64,000 bases of DNA from an uncultured Actinomycetota bacterium (GCA_963834425.1 CAWIBR010000019.1:56097-120096), one strand, 5' to 3'; counted from the stretch's first letter, positions 36,894-46,238 are shown. Program-made: numbers and translations. The notes: generated by a model not told the origin, from the letters alone.

Positions 36894-38120
36894 TCAGGCG
36901 GGGTCGGGCGGGGGTTGGGCGAGCCAGGCGCGGATCGACGCGGCGTCGCCGTCGAGGACGGGCGGGGCGCGGTGCTCGATCCGGGTGACCTCGGTGCCGT
37001 CGTCGGCGAAGAATCGCAGGGGCGGGCCGGGCAGGGTGATCGGCCCGAGGGTCGCGTGGTCGACATCGATCAGCAGGCCCTGGCTGCGGGTCTGCTCCCA
37101 CTCATAGACCTGGTCGAGGCGGCGAACCTGTCCGGCCGGCACCTTGGCCTCGGCCAGCCGGGCCAGCAGCGGCTCGGCATCCCAGCTCGCGAAGGCCCCT
37201 TCGATCAGCGCGATCACCTCCTCGCGATGAGCGACCCGCTCGGCGTTGCTGTCCATCCCGGGGGTCAGCGGGTCCAGGTCGAACGCCGCGCACAGCCGCT
37301 GCCACAGGGCCTCGCTGCCGACGGAGATCTGGACGGCGCCGTCCCGGCAGCGAAACAGCCCGTACGGCGAGATGGACAGGTGGTGATTCCCTTGCGCCAC
37401 AGGGACTTCGCCGGCCACGGTCCAGCGCGTGCCTTGGTAGGTGTGGATGCCGACCACCGCCGAGAGCAGCGAGGATCGGACCACCTGGCCCCGGCCGGTG
37501 TGGGCGCGCTCGATCAAGGCTGCGAGCACGCCGTACGCGCCGTACATCCCGGCCAGCAGGTCGGCGACGGGTAGCCCGACCTTCGTGGGCTCCTCGGGTG
37601 AGGGGCCAGTGAGCGACATCAGCCCGGCCTCGCCCTGGGCGATCTGGTCGTAGCCGGCGCGGCCGGCTTCGGGGCCGTCGTGACCGAAGCCGCTGATCGA
37701 GAGCACCACCAGGCCCGGGTTGAGCTCGTGCAGCCGCTCGATCGGAAAGCCGAGGCGGTCCAGCACGCCGGTGCTGAAGTTCTCGAGCAAGACATCAGCT
37801 CGCTCCACCAGGGCCGCCAGCGTCTCCCGGCCGTCGTCGCTGGCCAGGTCCAGCGCGATCGACTCCTTGCCCCGGTTGGCCGACAGGAAGTACGTCGATT
37901 CCCTTGCGCCCGAGGCAGGTTGGACGAACGGCGGCCCCCAGCCGCGGGTGTCGTCGCCACCGCCCGGCCGCTCCACCTTGATCACCCGGGCGCCCAGGTC
38001 GGCCATCATCATCGCCGCGTGCGGACCGGCGAGGGCGCGGGTCAGGTCGATCACGACGATGCCGTCCAGCGGACCTCGTCGAGCGCCCGGCTCGCGGCCG
38101 GGAGTGGGGTCGTCCGGCAT
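36894..38120 (-). CDS. CaiB/BaiF family (class III) CoA-transferase
   Basis: GIVVIDLTRALAGPHAAMMMADLGARVIKVERPGGGDDTRGW...FLSANRGKESIALDL...ADVLLENF, and the catalytic-Asp region GYDQIAQGEAGLMS. Confidence 0.85.
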   Translation of the reverse strand: MPDDPTPGREPGARRGPLDGIVVIDLTRALAGPHAAMMMADLGARVIKVERPGGGDDTRGWGPPFVQPASGARESTYFLSANRGKESIALDLASDDGRETLAALVERADVLLENFSTGVLDRLGFPIERLHELNPGLVVLSISGFGHDGPEAGRAGYDQIAQGEAGLMSLTGPSPEEPTKVGLPVADLLAGMYGAYGVLAALIERAHTGRGQVVRSSLLSAVVGIHTYQGTRWTVAGEVPVAQGNHHLSISPYGLFRCRDGAVQISVGSEALWQRLCAAFDLDPLTPGMDSNAERVAHREEVIALIEGAFASWDAEPLLARLAEAKVPAGQVRRLDQVYEWEQTRSQGLLIDVDHATLGPITLPGPPLRFFADDGTEVTRIEHRAPPVLDGDAASIRAWLAQPPPDPA

Positions 38121-38449
38121 CAGGGCCGTCGCTCGAGGTCGGCCTTGAGGTCAGCCAACGCGGTGACCTGACGCTCGGTGTACTTGTCGATCCACCGGTC
38201 GTGGATCAGCCGGATCGGCACCGGGTTGAGGAAGTGCAGCTTCTCGCGTCCCTGCCGTCGGGTGACGATGAGGGAGGCCTCCTCGAGCACCCGCAGGTGT
38301 TTCATCACCCCGAAGCGGGTCATCTCCAGCTCGGTCTCGAGTTCGGTCAGGGTGCGACCGTCGCGGGTGAAGAGCAGGTCGAGCAGGAACCGGCGGGTGG
38401 GGTCGGCGAGGGCCTTGAAGACCTTGTCCTCGTCGCCGCTCATGCTCAC
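38120..38449 (-). CDS. ArsR/SmtB-family transcriptional regulator
   Basis: VFKALADPTRRFLLDLLFTRDGRTLTELETELEMTRFGVMKHLRVLEEASLI. The stop overlaps the CoA-transferase ATG by 1 nt (TGATG). Confidence 0.85.
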   Translation of the reverse strand: MSMSGDEDKVFKALADPTRRFLLDLLFTRDGRTLTELETELEMTRFGVMKHLRVLEEASLIVTRRQGREKLHFLNPVPIRLIHDRWIDKYTERQVTALADLKADLERRP

Positions 38450-38554
38450 TCCGTCAAGTTAGGTGACTGCCTGGTCACGCGGCAACTGCGGCACCGATCG
38501 ACGATTCTGGCTAGTCAATCGGCACCGCAGCGGGTACGTCGGGGCGAGGTGAGC

Positions 38555-38732
38555 TCAGCGGAACATGCTGTGCCCGGTCTCCAGCAACGACTTGAGGTCG
38601 CTGAGCACCCAGGCTCCGGTAAACCTGCGTGGTCTCCAGCCTCGTTGGCATCTCCTGCGGCGTGTGCCTGGAGCTCGGGGCGCTGTCCTCGGTCACGGGG
38701 GTGGCCTCCCGACTGGTCGTCGTACTCGTCAT
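38555..38732 (-). CDS. possible small ORF (~58 aa) upstream of arsR, C-terminus resembling the tail of SRPBCC/AHSA1-type proteins; needs a frame correction
   Basis: An ATG follows GAGGAGAGGGAC. As sequenced it reads 73 aa to 38511. Removing one G of GGG (complement of 38611-38613) gives ...QVYRSLVLSDLKSLLETGHSMFR-stop at 38555. This call is weak. Confidence 0.25.
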
Positions 38733-38794
38733 GTCCCTCTCCTCACCCTGGGGCCCGGACCGGTACGCCGGGCGGCGGCTCGCCGAAAAGAGAG

Positions 38795-38810
38795 GTGACC
38801 ATATGGTCAC
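38795..38810. promoter_or_regulatory. perfect 16-bp palindrome GTGACCATATGGTCAC abutting the serA start
   Basis: It is self-complementary when read directly. It lies between the divergent small ORF/arsR unit and serA. Confidence 0.4.
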
Positions 38811-40034
38811 ATGTCAAGGACTGGTGGAATGGACCTCGTGAAAGCCCTGCTGCTGGAGAACATCCATCCCGACGCCGTCGCCGCGCTGGAGGCCGCCGAC
38901 ATCGAGGTGGACACGCGCCCCGGCGCTCTCGACGAGACCGACCTGATCGCGGCATTGGAGGGCGTCGACCTGCTCGGGATCCGGTCCGGGACGAAGGTCA
39001 CGGATGCGGTCCTCGCGGCGGCGCCCGAGCTGTTGGCGGTCGGTGCGTTCTGCATCGGGACCAACCAGATCGACCTGACCTCCGCGGCCGGGCGCGCGAT
39101 CGCGGTCTTCAACGCGCCGTTCTCCAACACGCGCAGCGTGGTCGAGCTCGCGATCGCCGAGATGATCTCGCTGACCCGGCGCCTGACCGAGAAGAACGAC
39201 GCCCTGCACGGTGGGCGCTGGGACAAGTCGGCCAAGGGCGCCCATGAGATGCGCGGGCGCACCCTCGGCATCATCGGCTACGGCAACATCGGCAGCCAGC
39301 TCTCGGTGCTCGCCGAGGCCCTGGGCATGGGCGTCGTCTTCTTCGACACCGCTGACAAGCTGCCGATGGGCAACGCGCGCCGGCTCGACACGATGGACGA
39401 GCTCCTCGAGCTGGCTGACGTCGTCACTCTGCACGTCGACGGTCGGGTCGGCAACGCCGGCTTCTTCGACGCCAAGCAGTTCGCTGCGATGCGCCCGGGT
39501 TCGGTCTTCCTGAACCTCTCGCGCGGCTTCGTCGTCGACCAGGAGGCGTTGCGGGACAACATCCTCAGCGGCCACTTGGCCGGCGCCGCCATCGACGTCT
39601 TCCCGGTCGAGCCGAAGGCCCAGGGCGATGAGTTCGAGTCGCTGTTGCGTGGCCTGCCCAACGTGATCCTGACCCCGCACGTCGGCGGCTCGACGGAGGA
39701 GGCCCAGCAGGACATCGGTCGGTTCGTGTCGGGCAAGCTGCGCGACTACGTCGTCGCAGGCAGCACTGCGCTCAGTGTCAACCTGCCGCCGGCTTGGCTC
39801 GATGGCCGGCCGACGGCGCACCGGTTGGCCCACCTGCACACCAACACCCCCGGCGTGCTGGCCACGGTCAACAACCTGCTGGCCGAACACCGGGTCAACA
39901 TCGAGGGCCAGGTCCTGGTCACCCGCGACCAGCTGGGCTACGCGCTCACCGACGTGTCGGCTGACTACGCGCCGGACGTCGTGCAGGCCCTGGCGCAGAT
40001 GCCCGAGACGGTGCGGCTCCGGGTCCTGTCGTGA
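38811..40034 (+). CDS. serA: D-3-phosphoglycerate dehydrogenase (E. coli-type, with ACT domain)
   Basis: GIIGYGNIGSQL NAD motif, LTPHVGGST, and a C-terminal ACT region HRLAHLHTNTPGVLATVNNLLAEHRVNIEGQ. An alternative ATG lies at 38829 (MDLVKALLLENIH). Confidence 0.9.
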   Translation: MSRTGGMDLVKALLLENIHPDAVAALEAADIEVDTRPGALDETDLIAALEGVDLLGIRSGTKVTDAVLAAAPELLAVGAFCIGTNQIDLTSAAGRAIAVFNAPFSNTRSVVELAIAEMISLTRRLTEKNDALHGGRWDKSAKGAHEMRGRTLGIIGYGNIGSQLSVLAEALGMGVVFFDTADKLPMGNARRLDTMDELLELADVVTLHVDGRVGNAGFFDAKQFAAMRPGSVFLNLSRGFVVDQEALRDNILSGHLAGAAIDVFPVEPKAQGDEFESLLRGLPNVILTPHVGGSTEEAQQDIGRFVSGKLRDYVVAGSTALSVNLPPAWLDGRPTAHRLAHLHTNTPGVLATVNNLLAEHRVNIEGQVLVTRDQLGYALTDVSADYAPDVVQALAQMPETVRLRVLS

Positions 40035-41404
40035 CCCTGGAGGACGACCTCCGCAAGGTCGTTGGCGACCAGCACGTCCTGACCGATCCCGGCGTCACTG
40101 CGTCCTACGACACGGACTGGACCCGCCGCTTCTCCGGCCGGTCGCGCTGCGTGGTCCGGCCCGGCTCGACCGCCGAGGTCTCCTCGGTGCTCCAGATCTG
40201 CGAGCAGTACGACGCACGCGTCGTCACCCAGGGCGGCAACACCGGACTGGTCGGTGGCGGCGTGCCGGTCGACGGCGAGGTCGTCCTGACGACCTCACGG
40301 CTGCGCGATCTCGGCCCCATCGACCCGATCACCGGTCAGGTCACGGTCGGCGCCGGCGTTACCGTTGCCGCGCTGCAACGTTTGGTCCGACCGGCCGGCT
40401 TCGACTTCGGGGTCGACTTCGCCGCGCGTGACTCGGCCACCATCGGCGGACTGGTCTCGACCAACGCCGGTGGTGAACGGGTCCTGCGCTACGGCAGCAC
40501 GCGGCAGCAGGTCATCGGACTCGAGGCCGTGCTAGCCGACGGATCGGTGCTCACTCGCTTGGAATCATTGCCCAAAGACAACACCGGCTACGACCTGGTC
40601 GGGCTGCTCTGCGGTGCGGAGGGCACCCTCGCCGTCATCACGGCCGTGCGCGTGCGGTTGTGGCCGCTCTTCAACCGGCGCAGCGTCGCGCTGCTCGCCC
40701 TCGACTCGACGGTGGCCGCGCTCGAAGCGCTTGCGGCCCTGCGACCGCGGCTGACCACGCTGGAGGCGGCGGAACTCTTCCTGGCCGACGGGCTGGCCCT
40801 GGTCCGAGAACACACGGGGCTGCCCGCGCCCGTCGACGGCGAGCACGCGGCGTACCTGCTGGTCGAGTGTGCCGACCGAGCCGACCCCGGCGCCGAGCTG
40901 ATGGCGGCGCTCGAGGCGACCAGCGAGCTGGTGCCGGGCATCGACGACATCGTCATCGGTGAGGACGCCCCGACCCGCGAACGGCTCTGGCGCTATCGCG
41001 AGGCGCACACCGAATCGATCAATGCCGCCGGGGTGCCGGTCAAGCTCGACGTCGCTGTGCCCCGGGCGGCCTTGGCCGCCGCAATCGCCGAGCTGCCGGA
41101 CGTCGTGCGCCAGGTCGCCCCGGAGGCCCGCACGATCGTCTTCGGCCACCTCGGCGAGGGCAACCTGCACGTCAACGTGCTGGGTGCGGACGACCCCTCG
41201 ACGGCCGAGGCGGTGACCGACGCAGTGCTCCGCCGGATCACGGCGGTCGGCGGGAGCATCAGCGCCGAGCACGGCGTCGGCCGGGCCAAGACGCCGTGGC
41301 TCCGCCTCTCCAGATCCGAGACCGAGCTCACCGCGATGCGCGCGATCAAGACGGCGCTCGACCCTCACGGCCGGTTGAACCCGGGCGTGATCTTCCCGAT
41401 CTGA
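40031..41404 (+). CDS. FAD-linked oxidase, GlcD / D-2-hydroxyglutarate dehydrogenase-like
   Basis: FAD-binding PCMH domain: VVRPGSTAEVSSVLQICEQYDARVVTQGGNTGLVGGGVP...TIGGLVSTNAGG...DNTGYDL, and a C-terminal SAEHGVGRAK. GTGA overlap with serA. Confidence 0.8.
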   Translation: MTLEDDLRKVVGDQHVLTDPGVTASYDTDWTRRFSGRSRCVVRPGSTAEVSSVLQICEQYDARVVTQGGNTGLVGGGVPVDGEVVLTTSRLRDLGPIDPITGQVTVGAGVTVAALQRLVRPAGFDFGVDFAARDSATIGGLVSTNAGGERVLRYGSTRQQVIGLEAVLADGSVLTRLESLPKDNTGYDLVGLLCGAEGTLAVITAVRVRLWPLFNRRSVALLALDSTVAALEALAALRPRLTTLEAAELFLADGLALVREHTGLPAPVDGEHAAYLLVECADRADPGAELMAALEATSELVPGIDDIVIGEDAPTRERLWRYREAHTESINAAGVPVKLDVAVPRAALAAAIAELPDVVRQVAPEARTIVFGHLGEGNLHVNVLGADDPSTAEAVTDAVLRRITAVGGSISAEHGVGRAKTPWLRLSRSETELTAMRAIKTALDPHGRLNPGVIFPI

Positions 41405-42887
41405 CCCGCTGGCCGGCCCCGGCCTGTCGGTCGACCTGGAGCGAGGCACACAACCGGGCCAGCGCTGTCGTGAAAGCATGCTCCGGCGGCGTCGCGTAGC
41501 CGACGACGAGCCCAGACCTGGCGCCCTCAGGTTCGACGGAGTAGGCCGAAAGCCCTTCCACCGCAAGGCCTCTGGACCTGGCCGCCTCCACCGCCTCGGC
41601 CTCAGTGAGGCGCTCGGGCAACTCGACCAGAGCGTGCAATCCCGCGGCCAGTCCGGAGACGGTCGCATCAGGCACCCGGCGCTGCAACGTTGAGACCAGC
41701 CGGTCACGGCGGCGACGGTAGACCAGACGGCACCGCCGGATGTGCCGGTCGTAGCCGCCGGAGTCGATCAGCTCGGCGAGGGCCAGCTGCTCGAAGACGC
41801 CCGTGAACCGGTCGGCCAGGCGTTTCGCCTCCACCACCTGATCGAGGCGGGCCGCCGGCACCACCAACCAGGACAACCGGATCCCCGGCGCGAGGGACTT
41901 GCTCGCCGTGCCCGCGTAGACCACCTGGTCGGGGGCCAACGCCTGCATCGCGCCGAGGGCCGCTCGGTCGTAGCGGAACTCCCCGTCGTAGTCGTCCTCG
42001 ATGACCAACCCGCCGGACGTGCGGGCCCACTCGACCGCTCGGGTGCGGCGGTGAGCCGACAACGCCATCCCGAGCGGAAACTGATGAGCCGGCGTGAGGA
42101 CGGCCGCCCCCTCCTCGGTCAATGTCTCGACCTCCGCGCCGGACCGGTCGATGTCGAGGTCGTGGACCTGCAGTCCGGCTCGCAGGATGACCTCGCGGTA
42201 GCCGATGTGACCGAACCGCTCGATCGCCATCGACCGGGCCCCGCCGTCCGCCGTGACCTGGGCCAGCAGGGCGAGTGACTGGGTGAAGCCGTTGCAGATG
42301 ACCACTCGTTCCGGGCTGACCCGCACCCCGCGGGCTCGGGACAGGTAGGTCGCAAGGGACGTGCGCAGCTCGATCCGGCCCAGGGGGTCACCGTTGCCCA
42401 GGGCCTGGGTCGGCGCGTCGATGACCGCTCGACGCAGCGCCGCACCCCAGGCCGATCGCGGGAAGAGCGACAGGTCGGGCGTGCCGGTCCGCAGATCGAA
42501 TCGCGGCGGTCGATCGTCTTTGGCGACAACCGCTTTGGCGACAACCGCTTTGGCCTCAACAGCGACGCGGGCTTGCCGCGAGACCCAGGTGCCGGCCCCG
42601 ACCCGCGCCTCCAACCAGCCCTCGGCGACGAGCTGGGAGTAGGCCTCGGCCACCGTGTTGCGCGCGATGCCCAGGTCCGCGGCCAGCGAACGCGACGGAG
42701 GCAGTCGGGTGTCCGGCCGGAGCCGACCGGTCTGCACCGCTTTCCGCAGCGCGCCCTCCAGTCGAGAGCGCGAGCGGATGCCCGCCAACTCCCCCGTCAG
42801 TTCCCCTGACCGGTCGGTGGTCGCAGTGGAGGTCAGGTCGAGATGTAGGTCTGGGCCGTTCGATGGATTGGCCCATGCTTCGGTCAT
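41346..42887 (-). CDS. MocR-type regulator (GntR HTH fused to an aminotransferase-like domain)
   Basis: N-terminal LPPSRSLAADLGIARNTVAEAYSQLVAEGWLEARVGAGTWV and a fold-type I domain with ...YAGTASKSLAPGIRLSW (PLP Lys). The 3' end overlaps the convergent FAD oxidase by 59 nt. Confidence 0.85.
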   Translation of the reverse strand: MTEAWANPSNGPDLHLDLTSTATTDRSGELTGELAGIRSRSRLEGALRKAVQTGRLRPDTRLPPSRSLAADLGIARNTVAEAYSQLVAEGWLEARVGAGTWVSRQARVAVEAKAVVAKAVVAKDDRPPRFDLRTGTPDLSLFPRSAWGAALRRAVIDAPTQALGNGDPLGRIELRTSLATYLSRARGVRVSPERVVICNGFTQSLALLAQVTADGGARSMAIERFGHIGYREVILRAGLQVHDLDIDRSGAEVETLTEEGAAVLTPAHQFPLGMALSAHRRTRAVEWARTSGGLVIEDDYDGEFRYDRAALGAMQALAPDQVVYAGTASKSLAPGIRLSWLVVPAARLDQVVEAKRLADRFTGVFEQLALAELIDSGGYDRHIRRCRLVYRRRRDRLVSTLQRRVPDATVSGLAAGLHALVELPERLTEAEAVEAARSRGLAVEGLSAYSVEPEGARSGLVVGYATPPEHAFTTALARLCASLQVDRQAGAGQRVRSGRSRPGSTGREGRAPS

Positions 42888-42934
42888 GGAATTGGACCTT
42901 ATCCGTGGTCCGGCCCCGCTCTAGCGTTGGTCAC

Positions 42935-43450
42935 ATGACAACGACGACCAGCACCCCGTCCACCTCTGCCGAGGCCCGCCCCACCATCCCGGTCCGACTC
43001 GACATCGAGGCCCACGCCGCCGACTTCTCCCGGGCCATGGGCCGCCTGGACGGCGCCGCGACCAAGGAGCTCGACCGAGTCGACTTCGACCCCAAGCTGC
43101 GCGAACTGGTGCGCATCCGGGCCTCGCAGATCAACGGCTGCGCCTACTGCATCGACATGCACACCAAGGACGCCCGGGCCATCGGCGAGACCGAGCAGCG
43201 CATCTATGCGTTGCCGGCTTGGGCCGAGACGCCGTACTTCACCCACCGGGAGCGAGCGGCACTGGCCTTCACCGAGGCGGTCACCCTGGTCGCCCAAACC
43301 CACGTGCCGCTGGAGTCGTACGACGCCGTGGCCGCGGAGTTCACTCCTGACGAGGTCGGCGCGCTGCTCTCGCTGATCGTGGCGATCAACGCGTGGAACG
43401 CCATCGCGGTCGCGACTCGGGCGTGGGAGCCCGGGTCCTACCAGCCCTGA
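42935..43450 (+). CDS. carboxymuconolactone decarboxylase (AhpD-like) family protein
   Basis: Internal ATG at 42935. ...LRELVRIRASQINGCAYCIDMHTKDA (CxxC-like AhpD motif) ...ERAALAFTEAVT. Confidence 0.8.
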   Translation: MTTTTSTPSTSAEARPTIPVRLDIEAHAADFSRAMGRLDGAATKELDRVDFDPKLRELVRIRASQINGCAYCIDMHTKDARAIGETEQRIYALPAWAETPYFTHRERAALAFTEAVTLVAQTHVPLESYDAVAAEFTPDEVGALLSLIVAINAWNAIAVATRAWEPGSYQP

Positions 43451-43508
43451 GACCAGCCGGCCTGAGACCGTCGCCGAGGTGGCTGGCGACTCCATGAGCC
43501 TTGCTCGG

Positions 43509-45044
43509 TTAGTACGGCGGGTCGCCGTTGTCGGGGGGTTTCTCGGTGGCTGGTGCGGGCGGTGTTTGGGGTTCGAGGTAGTGGTGGGGCCTGGAGGTGT
43601 AGGTGTGGCCGGTGCCGGTGGTGTAGGTGAGTTCGCTGTTGGCGTTGCCGGTGACGTGGAGGATGCGGTCGGTTTTGGCTTGGTGGTCGCGTTTGCCGGC
43701 GGCGGCCAGGTTGGCCGGGGTGGTCGGGCCGCCGGTGGCTGGTGCGCGTGTGGTTGTACTCGTGGATGTGGTCGAGTTCGAGGGTGCGGGCGGCGCTGGT
43801 CGGGAAGCGTGAGGTGTGGCCGTCCCGGACGGCGCAGAACTGCGCGATCCGGGGCGCTGGGCGGTAGCCGGTGCTGACCTCGGTGGCGGTGCCGGTGGCG
43901 GGGTCGCACAGGATCCGCCGCCAGGTGGCCTGCTCGGGGTCGTGGGCCAGGGCGCGGGCCAGCTCGGCCGGGATCGGGACGTCGCCGGTGGGGGTGTGCA
44001 GGACCGCGGGGTGGTTGTCCAGGCCGAGCAGGGTGCGGTCGGCGACGGTGACGTTGATCAGGGTGGCCCCGGCCCGGGACCGCAGCCGCGCGACGCTTCT
44101 TGGGGTTCGCCCGGCGGCCGGTCGCGCTGGTCTTGGCTGGTCTTGGCGGTCTGGCTGGTCTTGGGGACCAGGGTGAGGCCGAAGGCGCCGGCGGTGAGGT
44201 GGCCGACGGCGAGGTCGAAGCGGAGCTGGTCCAGGGTTTCGGGGGCGCCGCCGTTGCGGGCGGCGCGGGCTTGGTGGTCCAGGTGGGCGTAGGTGGCGGC
44301 CAGCAGTTCGTCCGGGCCGTGCAGGACCAGGGCGGCGGGCCGGTCGATGGTCCGGGCGTAGTGCGCGACGTGCCGGCCCCGCGGGCGACCTCGGCGGCGG
44401 GTTGGAGGGTGTCGGGGGCCAGGTCGGCCACGGCGGCGGTCAGGATCGGGCGCAGCTGGTGCGCCGGGATCGACCACACAGTGGCGCTGCCGTCGCGGAG
44501 CTCCTTGACCAGGACATCCGCGCCGGCCGGGTCCGGTGGCCGGGTCGGTGACGATCGACTGGACCAGCGGGTCGCCTGGGCCGGGGGAGGCCGGCGGCGT
44601 GGTCGTAGATCACCCCGGCCTGGGCCTCATCGATCCGCCCCGCGCTCAGGGCGTCGGCCAGGTCGGGGTGGGCGTCCAGGCCCAACGCCAGGGCGAGCTT
44701 CTTGTCCGCGGCCCGCAGCGAGATGCCCAGGGCCAGCGACAGCGACAGCGAGGTCGCCTCCAGCGCCCGCTCGTGGGCGAGGTCGCGGTCGCGGGCGCAG
44801 ACCGCTTCGTGGGCGGTCTCGAACTGCTCGACCAACGCCGCGGTCGCCTTCGCCTGCACGGCAGCGGCCCAGGCCTTGACCTTCTCCGCCGCCAGCGCGA
44901 GGTCGAGCAGCTGCCCGCGGGAGGCCTGGGACAGGTCCAGGGTCTCGATCCCGTCGACCCCGACCGCCAGGGCGGCGGCCAGGTCGGACGCCGGCGCCGG
45001 TCAGGTCCGACCCGCTCCCGCTCGAACCCTGGACTGTCGATCAT
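43509..45044 (-). pseudogene. DUF222 / HNH-endonuclease family (13E12-repeat-like) gene, at least 6 frame disruptions, degenerate HNH
   Basis: Reconstructed across three frames: MIDSPGFERERVGPD / PAPASDLAAALAVGVDGIETLDLSQASRGQLLDLALAAEKVKAWAAAVQAKATAALVEQFETAH...IDEAQAGVIYDHAAGLP / GPGDPLVQSIVTDPATG / PAGADVLVKELRDGSATVWSIPAHQLRPIL... / HYARTIDRPAALVLHGPDELLAATYAHLDHQARAARNGG... / ATLINVTVADRTLLGLDNHPAVLHTPTGDVPIPAELARAL...RIAQFCAVRDGHTSRFPTSAARTLELDHIHEYNHTR / PATGGPTTPANLAAAGKRDHQAKTD...DNGDPPY-TAA (stop at 43509-43511). Confidence 0.7.
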
Positions 45045-45051
45045 GTGTACG

Positions 45052-45081
45052 ATTCTATCCGACATGTCCGACAACCGACAA
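45052..45081 (-). promoter_or_regulatory. candidate promoter giving a leaderless transcript of the HNH-family gene
   Basis: On the minus strand: TTGTCG (45076-45081), 18 nt, TAGAAT (45052-45057), 7 nt, ATG (45042-45044). Confidence 0.4.
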
Positions 45082-45230
45082 GGTTTCCCCAGCCCCGAAA
45101 CCCCTTTAGTGCCAACTATTTTCAGCAACCAGACGGTGACCCAGAGCCACGACGCGAAGGCAACCCGCGAGACCAAGGCGCAACCGAGAGCGCAACTCCG
45201 CCGTACCCAGCCGCCTGACCAGCCCTGAAA

Positions 45231-46238
45231 TCAGAACTGCGACGCTCGATCGAGCAGCACCGGGATCAGCCCGGCCACCGACCGGTGGCCCGGTACCGGG
45301 TGTCTGCTCTCCCGCTGCCGCACGCCCTCGAGGACGACGGCGAGCTTGAACGCCCCGAAGGCGATGTACCACTCGAGATCGCTGACGTCGGCGCCGGTCT
45401 GCTCGGCGTACCGGTCGGCCAGGTCCCGGCCGGGTGGGAAGCCGGCGGCGGGACCCATCGCCGTCGACAGTGCGTTGTCGGCCTGGCCGGCCAGGTCCCA
45501 GTAGACGAGGAAGAGACCGAGATCCGCGAGCGGGTCGCCCAGCGTGGCCATCTCCCAGTCGATCACTGCGAGCACCTGCAGGTCGTGATCGACGATCAGA
45601 TTGTCCAGCCGGAAGTCCCCGTGCACCAACGAGATTCGCTGGGTGACGGGCAGCCGCTCGGCCAGCCGTTTCCCGACCGCGTGCAGGCCCTCGCGATGAT
45701 CGCTGTCGGCCGCCCAGACCTCCAGGTGGCGCTGCCAGCGGTCCACCTGACGGCGCAGGTAGCCCTCGGGACGACCTAGGTCGGACAGCCCGGCCCGGTC
45801 GACATCGACCGCGTGGACGGCGGCGAGGGTGTCGACCAGGCGGTCGGCCAGCGCGGCCTTGGCCACTCGGTCGTACGCCGCGATGTCCTCGGTCGTGCGC
45901 AGGACCAGGCCATCGACGTACTGCATCAGATAGAAGCGCGCGCCGATGGCAGCCGGGTCCTCGCAGAGCAAGATGCCTCGCGGGACCGGCACCGACGACC
46001 CCGCCAGCGCGGTGATGATCCGGAACTCGCGGGCCACGTCGTGTGCGGTCGCAGGCTGCTCGCCCAGGGGTGGTCGGCGCAGGACCACCTCGATCTGCGG
46101 ACTCTCCACCAGGAAGGTGAGGTTGGACCGGCCTCCGGTCAGGGCGGTCGCGGTGAGCGGGCCGGAGAGCAATCCGGGGTGCTGCTCGTCGAGCCAGGCC
46201 CGCAGCCCGGACAGGTCCAGGCCAGGGTGCTCGCTCAC
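45231..46238 (-). CDS. aminoglycoside-phosphotransferase-fold (APH/ChoK family) kinase
   Basis: GTG at 46238 (VSEHPGLDLSGLRAWL...). ...GGRSNLTFLV..., catalytic LVHGDFRLDNLIV, and IDWEMATLGDPLADL. The upstream part of track ORF 45231..46511 would overlap the divergent ACAD gene. Confidence 0.8.
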   Translation of the reverse strand: MSEHPGLDLSGLRAWLDEQHPGLLSGPLTATALTGGRSNLTFLVESPQIEVVLRRPPLGEQPATAHDVAREFRIITALAGSSVPVPRGILLCEDPAAIGARFYLMQYVDGLVLRTTEDIAAYDRVAKAALADRLVDTLAAVHAVDVDRAGLSDLGRPEGYLRRQVDRWQRHLEVWAADSDHREGLHAVGKRLAERLPVTQRISLVHGDFRLDNLIVDHDLQVLAVIDWEMATLGDPLADLGLFLVYWDLAGQADNALSTAMGPAAGFPPGRDLADRYAEQTGADVSDLEWYIAFGAFKLAVVLEGVRQRESRHPVPGHRSVAGLIPVLLDRASQF

